Both the position numbers and the translations under genes were made by a program. 64,000 nt of DNA, from assembly GCA_964291495.2 (NCBI GenBank), contig OZ219874.1, positions 57,127-121,126 on the forward strand. Direction: 5' to 3'. Positions 16,894-25,886 of this stretch are shown in pieces (position 1 is the first letter of the stretch; each line of letters starts with the position of its first letter). The notes under the pieces were generated by a model, which had not been told where the DNA came from, searched no databases, and saw nothing but the letters and a program-made list of their open reading frames with translations. Source of the DNA: Dehalococcoidia bacterium. GTDB taxonomy: Bacteria; Chloroflexota; Dehalococcoidia; UBA2979.

Positions 16894-17687
16894 CGGTACG
16901 CCCCCGCCGTCGCGGTCACGCGGTGCAGCGCGATCAGCAGCACGGCCGCGAAGCCGAGCAGCACGACCGAGAGCGAGACGGCGCCCGCGATGCCGGCCTC
17001 GGACTCGAAGGCGGCGAGGATGGCGAGCGGCATCGTCTGCGTCTTGCCCGGCAGCGAGCCCGCGAAGAGCAGCGTCGCACCCAGCTCGCCGAGCGCGCGC
17101 GCCCAGCAGAGCACCGCGCCGCCGGCCAGCGAGGGCCAGACGAGCGGCAGCGTCACGCTGCGGAAGGTGCGCCAGCGCGAGAGTCCGAGGGTGTAGGCGA
17201 CACCCTCGAAGCGCGGGTCGGCGCCGCTGAAGCCGGCGTAGGCGGAGCGCACGTAGAACGGCGCGGAGACGAAGAGCTGCGCCAGCACCACCGCCGCGGT
17301 AGTGAAGGAGAGCGAGAGGCCGACTCCGCCGAGCGTCTCGCCGAGGTAGCCGCTGCGCCCGAACGCGGAGAGCAGCGCGATGCCCGCGACCGTCGGCGGC
17401 AGCACCAGCGGCAGATCGAGCAGCGCCGCGGCAAGGCGGGCCGCCCTCGCGCGGCTGCGTGCGAGCAGCCAGGCGAGCGGTGTGCCGAGCAGCACGGTGA
17501 TCGCGAGGCTGATCGTGGCGGTGACCAGCGAGAGGCGCAGCGCGTCCCAGGTCGCCCCCGAACCGAGCTCGGCGGCGACGTCTCCGTCGCTCAGCGCGCG
17601 CCAGACGAGGCCGGCCAACGGCAGAAGCAGCAGCAGCGCGAGCAGGGCCGCCGCCACGGCCAGCGCGATCGAGACGCCGCGGCTCAT
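16890..17687 (-). CDS. modB: Molybdate ABC transporter permease
   Basis: DLPLVLPPTVAG, WARALGELGAT, GKTQTMPLAI. Confidence 0.9.
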   Translation of the reverse strand: MSRGVSIALAVAAALLALLLLLPLAGLVWRALSDGDVAAELGSGATWDALRLSLVTATISLAITVLLGTPLAWLLARSRARAARLAAALLDLPLVLPPTVAGIALLSAFGRSGYLGETLGGVGLSLSFTTAAVVLAQLFVSAPFYVRSAYAGFSGADPRFEGVAYTLGLSRWRTFRSVTLPLVWPSLAGGAVLCWARALGELGATLLFAGSLPGKTQTMPLAILAAFESEAGIAGAVSLSVVLLGFAAVLLIALHRVTATAGAYR

Positions 17688-18499
17688 CGCGCCTGCACCC
17701 CGGCGACGCTGGGCAGGAACCCATAGAGGCCGAAGATCGCCTGCGCGTTCGGTGACAGCAGCCAGGCGAGCAGTTCCTCGGCCGCCGGGTCGGCGTCCTC
17801 GATCAGCACTGCCACGTACTCGTTCGGCGGGGTCTGCGGCGGCAGGAGGATCGCGCGCAGACCGTCGCTGACGGCGACGTCCGAGGCGTAGACGAAGGCC
17901 GCGTCGGCCTCGCCCAGCTCGATCCGCGAGAGCACGATCCGCACGCTTGGGTCCTCCGTCGCGATCTTGTCGCGCAACGCTTGCGCGGTCTCCGGCTGCT
18001 GCTGCGCGACCCACGCGAGGGCGATCCGCGAGAGCAGGCCCACAGGCACCGAGGGCGCGCCGACGGCGATCCGCACGTCCGCCAGCGCGAGATCGCGCAG
18101 GCTGCGCCACGGCGCATCCTCGGGAACGGCGACGACGAGCAGGTTCGCCGTCACCACCGTGGGCCGTGAGGCGAGGCCGGCGTCGAGCAGGCGCGCCGCC
18201 TGCAGCGGATTGGCGGAGATGAAGAGATCGTCGCCCGCTCCTTCCGCGATCTGGGAGGCGAGCACCTGCGAGCCGGCGAAGCGCAACTCGACCTCGACGC
18301 CGGGGTAGGCGCGCTCGAAGCCCTCGACGATGTCGGGCAGGACGTGGCGCAACGAGGACGCCGCGGCGATCGTGACGGTCGGCTCACGGTCGCCGTTCCC
18401 GCAGCCGCCGAGCAGCAGCGCGAGGACAGCGAGGAGCGCGAGCGCCGGGAAGAAAGCGCGGAGGCGCCGTGATGGCGAGAGTCGGCAGGCCGCGCGCAT
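17684..18499 (-). CDS. modA: Molybdate ABC transporter substrate-binding lipoprotein
   Basis: LGGC lipobox, AAASSL, FAGSQ, DLFISAN, GEADAAFVYASD. Confidence 0.9.
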   Translation of the reverse strand: MRAACRLSPSRRLRAFFPALALLAVLALLLGGCGNGDREPTVTIAAASSLRHVLPDIVEGFERAYPGVEVELRFAGSQVLASQIAEGAGDDLFISANPLQAARLLDAGLASRPTVVTANLLVVAVPEDAPWRSLRDLALADVRIAVGAPSVPVGLLSRIALAWVAQQQPETAQALRDKIATEDPSVRIVLSRIELGEADAAFVYASDVAVSDGLRAILLPPQTPPNEYVAVLIEDADPAAEELLAWLLSPNAQAIFGLYGFLPSVAGVQAR

Positions 18500-18655
18500 T
18501 CCGCCCAGGGCTCCCCGCAGTCCGCGCCGCCCTGCATGGTCTCAGAACGCCGCCGCGCCTCCGAGTATATTCCGCGGCGCACCCGGTGCTACGATCATCG
18601 CCTGCCCGCTACGTGGGCAGCGTCACTACAGCAGACACCGCCGCGGAGACCCGTC

Positions 18656-19210
18656 GTGCACTTCAACGTCGCCACGCTGCTGCAGGAACCGGTCGGAAGC
18701 CGCCGCGACGGACATCTCGATGGCGAGGCGATGCACGTGGCGGCGGTGGGCTGGACCGCTCTCGCGAGTGGCGAGGTGCGGCTGCTGCGCTCGACGCGCG
18801 GCGTGCTGGTGCACGCACGCCTCGAGACGGCCCCGCTTGTCGAGTGTGCGCGTTGCCTCGAGCCGTTTCGGCAGGCGCTCTCGCTGACCATCGACGAGGA
18901 GTTCGTCGCACCGTACGACCTGCTGACCGGCGAGGCGGTGGAGACGATCGACGAGGACGACTTCCGGATCGACGAGCAGCACCATCTCGATCTCAGCGAG
19001 GCAGTCCGGCAGTATGAACAGACGGCGATCCCGATCCAGCCGATCTGCCGTTCCGCCTGCGCCGGGCTGTGCGCGGAGTGCGGGAGCAATCGCAACCTCG
19101 CTTCCTGCGAGTGCGCGGAGGCAGTCGCGGCGGGCCCGTGGGACGCGCTGAGCGCGCTGAGCGAGCGGCTGCACGCCACGGAGGAGCACGATGGCGCTAC
19201 CGAAACGTAG
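18656..19210 (+). CDS. yceD: DUF177/YceD family protein
   Basis: CARCL and CRSACAGLCAECG motifs; precedes rpmF. Confidence 0.88.
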   Translation: MHFNVATLLQEPVGSRRDGHLDGEAMHVAAVGWTALASGEVRLLRSTRGVLVHARLETAPLVECARCLEPFRQALSLTIDEEFVAPYDLLTGEAVETIDEDDFRIDEQHHLDLSEAVRQYEQTAIPIQPICRSACAGLCAECGSNRNLASCECAEAVAAGPWDALSALSERLHATEEHDGATET

Positions 19211-19400
19211 GACCCCGAAGGCGAAGCAGCGGCAGCGGCGCAGCCACCACCGGATCAACACGCCGCACCTCGTGCGCTGCACGACCTGCAACTCCTGGCA
19301 CGTCAGCCATCACGTGTGCGAGGTTTGCGAGGTTGACTACAATGACGCCGCCGGAGCGGCCCCGGTCGCCGAGGCCGAAGACGCCGACGACGAGGAGTAG
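19191..19400 (+). CDS. rpmF: 50S ribosomal protein L32
   Basis: MALPKRRTPKAK..RRSH, two CxxC motifs. Confidence 0.93.
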   Translation: MALPKRRTPKAKQRQRRSHHRINTPHLVRCTTCNSWHVSHHVCEVCEVDYNDAAGAAPVAEAEDADDEE

Positions 19401-19460
19401 CCTCCAGCCGGACTCCGCGCGGTTCGGCCCGAGGCACACCGAACAACCCGCGGAGCGCCG

Positions 19461-20423
19461 ATGACCCCCATCACCATCCCCGAACTGCCCGCCGCCTCCG
19501 ACGCCGCCAGCGCCTGGCTCTTCCCCGGACAGGGCGCCCAGCACGTCGGCATGGGCCAGGACCTCGCCGAGGAGATCCCCGCCGCCCGCGCCGTCTTCGA
19601 GGCAGCCGACGAAGCGCTCGGCTTCTCGCTCTCCACGCTCTGCTTCGAGGGTCCCGAGGACGAACTGCTGCGCACGGTCAACACGCAGCCGGCGCTCGTC
19701 GCGCACGGCATCGCCGCGCTCGCGGCTGCGATCGACCAGGGCAGCATCAGCGAGGCGCCCACCCTCCTGGCCGGCCACTCGCTGGGCGAGTACGCCGCGC
19801 TGATCGCCGCGGGCGCGATCGGCTTCGAGGACGGCATCAGGCTGGTGCGCGAGCGCGGGCGGTTGATGCAAGAGGCGTGCGACGCGCAGGCCGGCACGAT
19901 GGCAGCCATCCTCGGCCTCGATCGCGACACGCTGGAGCCGATCTGCGCCCACCACGGCGCCGCCGTCTGCAACGAGAACGCTGCCGGCAACATCAGCATC
20001 GGTGGGACCGCCGAGGCGGTCGCCGCCGCGAGCGAGGCGGCCACGGAGGCGGGCGCCTCGCGCGTGGTGCCGCTCAGGGTCGCCGGAGCCTTCCACACGC
20101 CGCTGATGGCGAGCGCCGCCGAGGGCATGGCCTCCGTCCTCGATGCCGCGCCCTTCACGGACCCCGGGACGCCGGTCGTCTCAAACGTGACGGCGCAGCC
20201 GCTCACGGCGGGTGACGCCCTCGCCGGCGAGCTGCGCGACCAGATCACGAGCCCCGTGCTCTGGCTGGACTCGCTGCGCACGATGCTCGGCGCGGGTGTG
20301 AGCTCGTTCGTGGAGTTCGGGCCGGGCCGGGTGCTGACCGGGACCGTCGGCCGGACCGATCGTTCGGCCGCCGTGCGGAACGTCGCGACGGCCTCCGACG
20401 CGCGCGGCGGGGACGAGGAGTAG
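19461..20423 (+). CDS. fabD: Malonyl-CoA:ACP transacylase
   Basis: FPGQGAQ, GHSLGEY, GAFHT. Confidence 0.95.
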   Translation: MTPITIPELPAASDAASAWLFPGQGAQHVGMGQDLAEEIPAARAVFEAADEALGFSLSTLCFEGPEDELLRTVNTQPALVAHGIAALAAAIDQGSISEAPTLLAGHSLGEYAALIAAGAIGFEDGIRLVRERGRLMQEACDAQAGTMAAILGLDRDTLEPICAHHGAAVCNENAAGNISIGGTAEAVAAASEAATEAGASRVVPLRVAGAFHTPLMASAAEGMASVLDAAPFTDPGTPVVSNVTAQPLTAGDALAGELRDQITSPVLWLDSLRTMLGAGVSSFVEFGPGRVLTGTVGRTDRSAAVRNVATASDARGGDEE

Positions 20424-20427
20424 CAGC

Positions 20428-21195
20428 ATGGTCGCCCAGGCGAGCGCGAGGCCGTTGCTGGGACGTAACGCAGCCGTCACCGGCGGCGCGCGCGGCATCG
20501 GCCGGGCGATCGCGATGGAACTGGGCCGCCAGGGCGCCAACGTGATCATCACCTACCGGCGCGAGGAGCACCTCGCGAGCGCCGTGGCCGGCGACATCCG
20601 GGCGCTCGGCGTGAGCTGCAACGCCGTGCACGTGGACGTGCGCAACCAGGACGATCTCGAGGCGTTGTTCGAGGAGGGACGGCAGCGCTACGGCAAGATC
20701 GACATCCTCGTCAACAACGCCGGCGTCACCGAGGACGGCCTCGTCGTGCGCATGAGCGACGACTCATGGGATCGCGTCATCGAGACGAACCTGCGCGGGG
20801 CCTTCCTCGCGACGCGGCTGGCGCTGCGCCAGATGACGCGGGCGCGCTGGGGCCGGGTGATCAACATCACCTCCGTCTCCGGGATCATGGGCAACGCCGG
20901 GCAGGCCAACTACGCCGCCGCCAAGGCGGGCATGATCGGCTTCACGCGCGCCGTGGCTCGCGAGGTCGCCTCGCGCCAGGTCACGGTCAACGCGGTCGCC
21001 CCCGGCTTCGTGCACACGGACCTCACGGCAGGGCTCAGCGACAACCAGAAGCAGGCGATCCTCGACTTGATTCCGCTCGGTCGCCACGCCGAGCCCGAGG
21101 ACATCGCCCCGCTCGTCGCCTTCCTCGCCTCGGACGCCGCGGGCTACATCACCGGCCAGACGCTGCACGTCGACGGCGGCCTGGTGATGCAGTAG
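20428..21195 (+). CDS. fabG: 3-oxoacyl-ACP reductase
   Basis: TGGARGIG, NNAG, GNAGQANYAAAKAG; follows fabD. Confidence 0.93.
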   Translation: MVAQASARPLLGRNAAVTGGARGIGRAIAMELGRQGANVIITYRREEHLASAVAGDIRALGVSCNAVHVDVRNQDDLEALFEEGRQRYGKIDILVNNAGVTEDGLVVRMSDDSWDRVIETNLRGAFLATRLALRQMTRARWGRVINITSVSGIMGNAGQANYAAAKAGMIGFTRAVAREVASRQVTVNAVAPGFVHTDLTAGLSDNQKQAILDLIPLGRHAEPEDIAPLVAFLASDAAGYITGQTLHVDGGLVMQ

Positions 21196-21201
21196 CGGGC
21201 A

Positions 21202-21666
21202 ATGCCGCCCGGCTCGCGCCGCCGCTCCCGCATCGTCGCCTTCCAGGTGCTCTACGAGGCGGACCAGTCCGGCCACGACACGCAGCGCATCCTCGAACGG
21301 CAGCTCGACGAATCGCGGCTCGCCGCGGAGGCCGCTGCCTTCACCCGCTCGCTCGTCGAGGGCGTCGAGGCGCACCGCGAGGCGCTGGACGAACGGATTG
21401 CCGCGCAGGCGCCGGCCTTCCCGCTCTCCTCGATGGCGCCGATCGACCGCAATCTGCTACGCCTTGCCCTCTTCGAGATATGCTTCGATAATCGCCGTGC
21501 TCCGCTGCCGGTCGTGATCAACGAGGCCGTGGAGCTGGCCAAGGGATACGGCTCGGAGTCATCCGGGCGCTTCGTCCACGGGGTGCTCGGAGCCATCGCA
21601 GCGGATGCTGCGGACCACGAGGCGACGACCAACGAGCACGCCGGGCGCTCCGCCGGACCCGACTGA
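21202..21666 (+). CDS. nusB: Transcription antitermination factor NusB
   Basis: IDRNLLRLA, VVINEAVELAK, FVHGVLG. Confidence 0.93.
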   Translation: MPPGSRRRSRIVAFQVLYEADQSGHDTQRILERQLDESRLAAEAAAFTRSLVEGVEAHREALDERIAAQAPAFPLSSMAPIDRNLLRLALFEICFDNRRAPLPVVINEAVELAKGYGSESSGRFVHGVLGAIAADAADHEATTNEHAGRSAGPD

Positions 21667-21702
21667 GCCGGCGCCCGCCCCCAGACCGAGAGGACCGCAC
21701 CG

Positions 21703-21963
21703 GTGGCAACCACGTACGAGCGCGTTCGCGCCCTGATCGTCGAGCAACTCGGCGTCGACGAGTCCCAGGTGACTCCCAACGCCTCCTTCGTCGATGACCT
21801 GAACGCCGACTCACTCGACCTCGTCGAGCTGATCATGTCGATGGAGGAGGAGTTCTCCGCCGACGGCACGGACATCGAGATCTCCGACGAGGACGCCGAG
21901 AAGATCCAGAGCGTCCAGGACGCCCTCGACTACCTGCACGACCTCGGCATCGAGGACGACTAG
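21703..21963 (+). CDS. acpP: Acyl carrier protein
   Basis: [12 protein letters not shown] phosphopantetheine site. Confidence 0.95.
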   Translation: MATTYERVRALIVEQLGVDESQVTPNASFVDDLNADSLDLVELIMSMEEEFSADGTDIEISDEDAEKIQSVQDALDYLHDLGIEDD

Positions 21964-22065
21964 CCCGCGCCGCCCGCGGGCGGCGTCCGCGCTGCGCAGC
22001 AGCCAAGGCCCGTCGGCGCGCCGCGGTAATCCGCGCGCGGCGGCACGGCGTACTATCCTGTAGAC

Positions 22066-22509
22066 ATGGAACTCCTGGGCGTCGGAGTTGCCGAGGCGTT
22101 CGTGGTCCTCGTGATCTCGCTGATCGTCGTCGGCCCGCAGCGCTTCCCCGAGATCGCTCGCCAGGGCGGGCGCTACTTCCGCATGGCCCGGCGCTACGCC
22201 GCCGAGGTCACCGCCGACGTGCGCGGCGCGATGAAGGAGCTTGAGGCCGAGGTCGAGGAGCAGCGGGAGGAACTGCTGGCCGCCCAGGAGGACATCTCGA
22301 CGGGCATCAGCACCTCGATCGAGGAGACCCGCAGCGACCTCCGCGACATCGGGCGCGAGACGCAAGAAGCGTTGCGGGACGCGCCGACGGCGCAGGCAGA
22401 GGCGGAGAGCGAGCCGGACCCGTCCGGCAACGGGGCGTCGCCGCCCGCAGCGGCAAGCGGGTTGCTGACGCCTCGCGAGCTGCCTGCCGGCGACGGCGAG
22501 AGCGACTAG
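22066..22509 (+). CDS. tatB: Tat translocase subunit TatA/TatB
   Basis: N-terminal TM, GPQRFP hinge, amphipathic helix; upstream of tatC. Confidence 0.75.
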   Translation: MELLGVGVAEAFVVLVISLIVVGPQRFPEIARQGGRYFRMARRYAAEVTADVRGAMKELEAEVEEQREELLAAQEDISTGISTSIEETRSDLRDIGRETQEALRDAPTAQAEAESEPDPSGNGASPPAAASGLLTPRELPAGDGESD

Positions 22510-22515
22510 CCGGCC

Positions 22516-23325
22516 GTGACCAGCGCTCCGACCGACGAGCACATCCCACCTGACCCGGACGCCGAGGAGGATCTCGACGCCGAAGAGGAGGGGCGCGAGG
22601 GCGGAGAGATGACCCTGCTGGGTCACCTCCTGGAGCTGCGCACCCGCGTCACCTGGATGGCAGGCGCGGTCATTGTCGGCATGTGCATCTTCTTCCCGCC
22701 GCCCGTCAACTTCGCGATCTGGGAGTTCCTGCTCGAACCGGCGCGGGCGCGCGTCGAGAACTTCGAGGCGCAGGCGATCGAGCCGCTGGAGAACCTCGGC
22801 GTCTACTTCCGCATCGCCCTCGCCTGCGGCCTCGCCGTGGCGATGCCGATGCTCGTCTACCAGACCATGCGCTTCGTGGCCCCGGCGCTCACGAAGCAGG
22901 AGAAGCGCTGGATCTACCCGATCGCCCTCGGCGCCTCGTTCGCCTTCCTCGCGGGCATGGCCTTCGCCTACTTCGTCGTGCTGCCGGCCGCCTACGGCTT
23001 CCTCTTCCAGTTCGGGAGCGACCTCGCGTCCGCGAACCCGCGGATCAGCAGCTACATGGACCTCACGCTGCGGCTGATCGTGATCCTCGGCTTCGTGTTC
23101 GAGATGCCGATTCTGATCATGGGTCTCGCGCGGATCCGAGTCGTGCACTGGCGCAAGCTGCTCGGCTGGTGGCGCATCGCGATCATCGGCGCGTTCGTCG
23201 TCTCGGCGATCGCGACGCCGACGATCGACCCGGTGACGCAATCGCTGGTGGCGGGGCCGATGATCGTCCTCTACATGCTCGGCATCGGCCTCGCCTGGAT
23301 CGTACGCCCCAGGGCCGAGGAATAG
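22516..23325 (+). CDS. tatC: Tat translocase subunit TatC
   Basis: MTLLGHLLELR, FVAPAL, FEMP, TPTIDP. Confidence 0.93.
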   Translation: MTSAPTDEHIPPDPDAEEDLDAEEEGREGGEMTLLGHLLELRTRVTWMAGAVIVGMCIFFPPPVNFAIWEFLLEPARARVENFEAQAIEPLENLGVYFRIALACGLAVAMPMLVYQTMRFVAPALTKQEKRWIYPIALGASFAFLAGMAFAYFVVLPAAYGFLFQFGSDLASANPRISSYMDLTLRLIVILGFVFEMPILIMGLARIRVVHWRKLLGWWRIAIIGAFVVSAIATPTIDPVTQSLVAGPMIVLYMLGIGLAWIVRPRAEE

Positions 23326-23400
23326 CCGCGCCGCGCGCCAGACCGATCAGCTGCATATGCAGCGCTACCGTTTCCACCGGCGTGCTACGATAGGCCGCAG

Positions 23401-24093
23401 ATGAGCGACGCCACCGGCAGTCCGTCCCGAGCGGCCAGCCCCGCCCTGCTCGCCCTCTACGAGGAGATCGCAGACTGCCCGGCCTGCGAGCTGGCCCGCA
23501 ACCGCACGCAGACCGTGCCCGGCGTCGGCCCCGCCCCCGCCGAGGTGATGTGCATCGGCGAGGCGCCCGGGGCACGCGAGGACGAACAGGGCCTCCCCTT
23601 CGTCGGGCCGGCCGGCCGCTTCCTCGATCAGTTGCTCGGCGGCGTCGGGCTCTCGCGGGAGACGGTGCACATCGCCAACGTCGTGAAGTGTCGCCCGCCG
23701 GGCAATCGCGATCCGCTGCCCGAGGAGATCGCGGCCTGCAACCCGTTCCTCGAGCGCCAGATCGCGATCGTCGACCCGCTGCTGATCGTGACACTCGGAC
23801 GCTTCTCGATGTCCCGCTGGTTCCCGGGCGCCTCGATCAGCCGCATCCACGGCCGCCCCAAGCGCTTCGGCGGGCGCACCGTGCTGCCGATGTACCACCC
23901 GGCCGCCGCGCTGCATCGCGGCGACCTGCGGCCGGTGATCGAAGCTGACTTCGCCCTCATACCCGAGCTGCTCGAGCAGGCGCGCAACGAGGGCGCGCGC
24001 GAGCCCGGCGCAGCCACGGAGCCGTCCACGCCCTTCGCACCCGTCGCCGCGGCCGCTGCCCCTCCGTCCGCGGAACAGCGCTCGCTGCTGTGA
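23401..24093 (+). CDS. udg: Uracil-DNA glycosylase family 4 (Fe-S)
   Basis: [28 protein letters not shown]. Confidence 0.9.
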   Translation: MSDATGSPSRAASPALLALYEEIADCPACELARNRTQTVPGVGPAPAEVMCIGEAPGAREDEQGLPFVGPAGRFLDQLLGGVGLSRETVHIANVVKCRPPGNRDPLPEEIAACNPFLERQIAIVDPLLIVTLGRFSMSRWFPGASISRIHGRPKRFGGRTVLPMYHPAAALHRGDLRPVIEADFALIPELLEQARNEGAREPGAATEPSTPFAPVAAAAAPPSAEQRSLL

Positions 24094-25823
24094 GCGCGCG
24101 CAACGGGGCGACCCTGCGGGTCATCCCCCTCGGCGGACTCGGCGAGATCGGCCGCAACATGATGCTCTACGAGCAGGGCGACGACGTGATCGCCGTCGAT
24201 GTCGGGCTGATGTTCCCCGAGGAGCACATGCCCGGCGTCGACCTCGTGATCCCGGACCTGCGCTACCTGCTGCGCAACCCCGAGCGGCTGCGCGCCGTCT
24301 TCCTCACGCACGGCCACGAGGACCACATCGGCGCGCTGCCCTTCCTGATGCGCGCGCTGCGCGACCACGGCGAGCCGCTGCCGCCCGTCTTCTGCACCCA
24401 GCTCACGCGCGGCCTCGTGCAGGTCAAGCTGCGCGAGCACGGTCTGCTCGACGAGACGCACGTCCAGGTCATCGAGCCGGGACAGACGATCGAGGCCGGC
24501 TCGTTCTCCGTCGAGCCCTTCGCCGTCTCCCACTCCATCCCCGACTCCGTGGGGTTCATCATCCACACCCCGCTCGGCCCGGTCGTGCACACCGGCGACT
24601 TCAAGATCGACCACACGCCGGTCATGGGGCAGCACACCGACCTCACGCGCCTCGCCGAGGTCGGCCGCGAGGGCGTCGTGTTGCTCGCGGCGGACTCGAC
24701 CTACGCGGAGATCGAGGGGCACACGCCCTCCGAGCAGACGGTCGCCGACGCGCTCGATCGCGTGATCGGGGAGGCGCCGGGGCGGGTCATCGTCGCGACC
24801 TTCGCCTCGCTGATCTCGCGCGTGCAGATGGTGATCGACGCCGCCGAGCGCTACGACCTGCGCGTCTTCGTCACGGGACGCTCGATGGTCAACAACGTGC
24901 AGATGGCGCGTGAGCTCGGCTACCTCGACGTGCCCGACGGCATCCTGATGAACGTGCGCGAGATGCAGGAGCACCCGGACTCGCGCACCGTCGTGATCAG
25001 CACCGGCGCGCAGGGCGAGCCGACCGCAGCCCTCACCCGCATGGCGAACGGCGACCACCGGCACATCGCGATCACCGAGGGCGACACCGTCGTCCTCTCC
25101 TCGAACCCGATCCCCGGGAACGAGGCGCTCGTGGACCGCAACATCGACAACCTCTTCCGGGCCGGAGCGCGCGTGGTCTACAACCGCATCGCGCCCGTCC
25201 ACGTGCGCGGCCACGCGGCGCGCGAGGAGCTGAAGATCATCCACCGCCTCGTGCAGCCCAGGCACTTCGTGGGGATCCATGGCGAGCACCGTCACCTGGT
25301 GATGCACCGCGACCTCGCCGTCGACCTCGGGATCGACGAGGACGACGCCTTCGTCCTCAGCGACGGCGACGTGCTGGAGATCAGCGAGGACGGCGCCGCG
25401 ATCGCCGACGTGGTGGCGGCCGATTATGTCTACGTGGACGGCATCGGCATCGGCGACATCGACCACATCGTGCTGCGCGACCGGCGCCGGCTCGCCTCGG
25501 ACGGGATGTGCGTGGTCGTCGTCGCCGTCGACCGCCGGCGCGGCGAGCTCGTCGGCGTCCCGCAGGTGCTGCTGCACGGCTTCGTGGGCCCCGAGGAGGA
25601 GGAACTGATCACCGAGCGCGTCTGCCAACTGGTCGCCAACCTCGCCGGCGGCGAGGGGGGGCGTTTCGACTGGACGGACTGGCGTGAGACACTGGAGGAC
25701 GAGGTGGCTCGCCTCCTCTATCGCGAGACGCACCGGCGGCCCGTCGTGCTGCCGGTGACCGTGGATGCGCCCTCCGGTGAACGGAACGGCGCACTGCAAC
25801 GGAGCGCAGCGACGGAGGAGTGA
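24090..25823 (+). CDS. rnj: Ribonuclease J
   Basis: GGLGEIGRN, THGHEDHIG, HTGDFK. Confidence 0.95.
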   Translation: MSARNGATLRVIPLGGLGEIGRNMMLYEQGDDVIAVDVGLMFPEEHMPGVDLVIPDLRYLLRNPERLRAVFLTHGHEDHIGALPFLMRALRDHGEPLPPVFCTQLTRGLVQVKLREHGLLDETHVQVIEPGQTIEAGSFSVEPFAVSHSIPDSVGFIIHTPLGPVVHTGDFKIDHTPVMGQHTDLTRLAEVGREGVVLLAADSTYAEIEGHTPSEQTVADALDRVIGEAPGRVIVATFASLISRVQMVIDAAERYDLRVFVTGRSMVNNVQMARELGYLDVPDGILMNVREMQEHPDSRTVVISTGAQGEPTAALTRMANGDHRHIAITEGDTVVLSSNPIPGNEALVDRNIDNLFRAGARVVYNRIAPVHVRGHAAREELKIIHRLVQPRHFVGIHGEHRHLVMHRDLAVDLGIDEDDAFVLSDGDVLEISEDGAAIADVVAADYVYVDGIGIGDIDHIVLRDRRRLASDGMCVVVVAVDRRRGELVGVPQVLLHGFVGPEEEELITERVCQLVANLAGGEGGRFDWTDWRETLEDEVARLLYRETHRRPVVLPVTVDAPSGERNGALQRSAATEE

Positions 25824-25886
25824 GCAGAGCCCTCGAACCGGCCCGCTTGCTTGGCGGGGGGGCGGTCCGGTTGAAGGAGCGGAGCG

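Noticed and set aside
18500-18650. Moco riboswitch upstream of modA
   Set aside because: The expected stems could not be identified on the modA strand.
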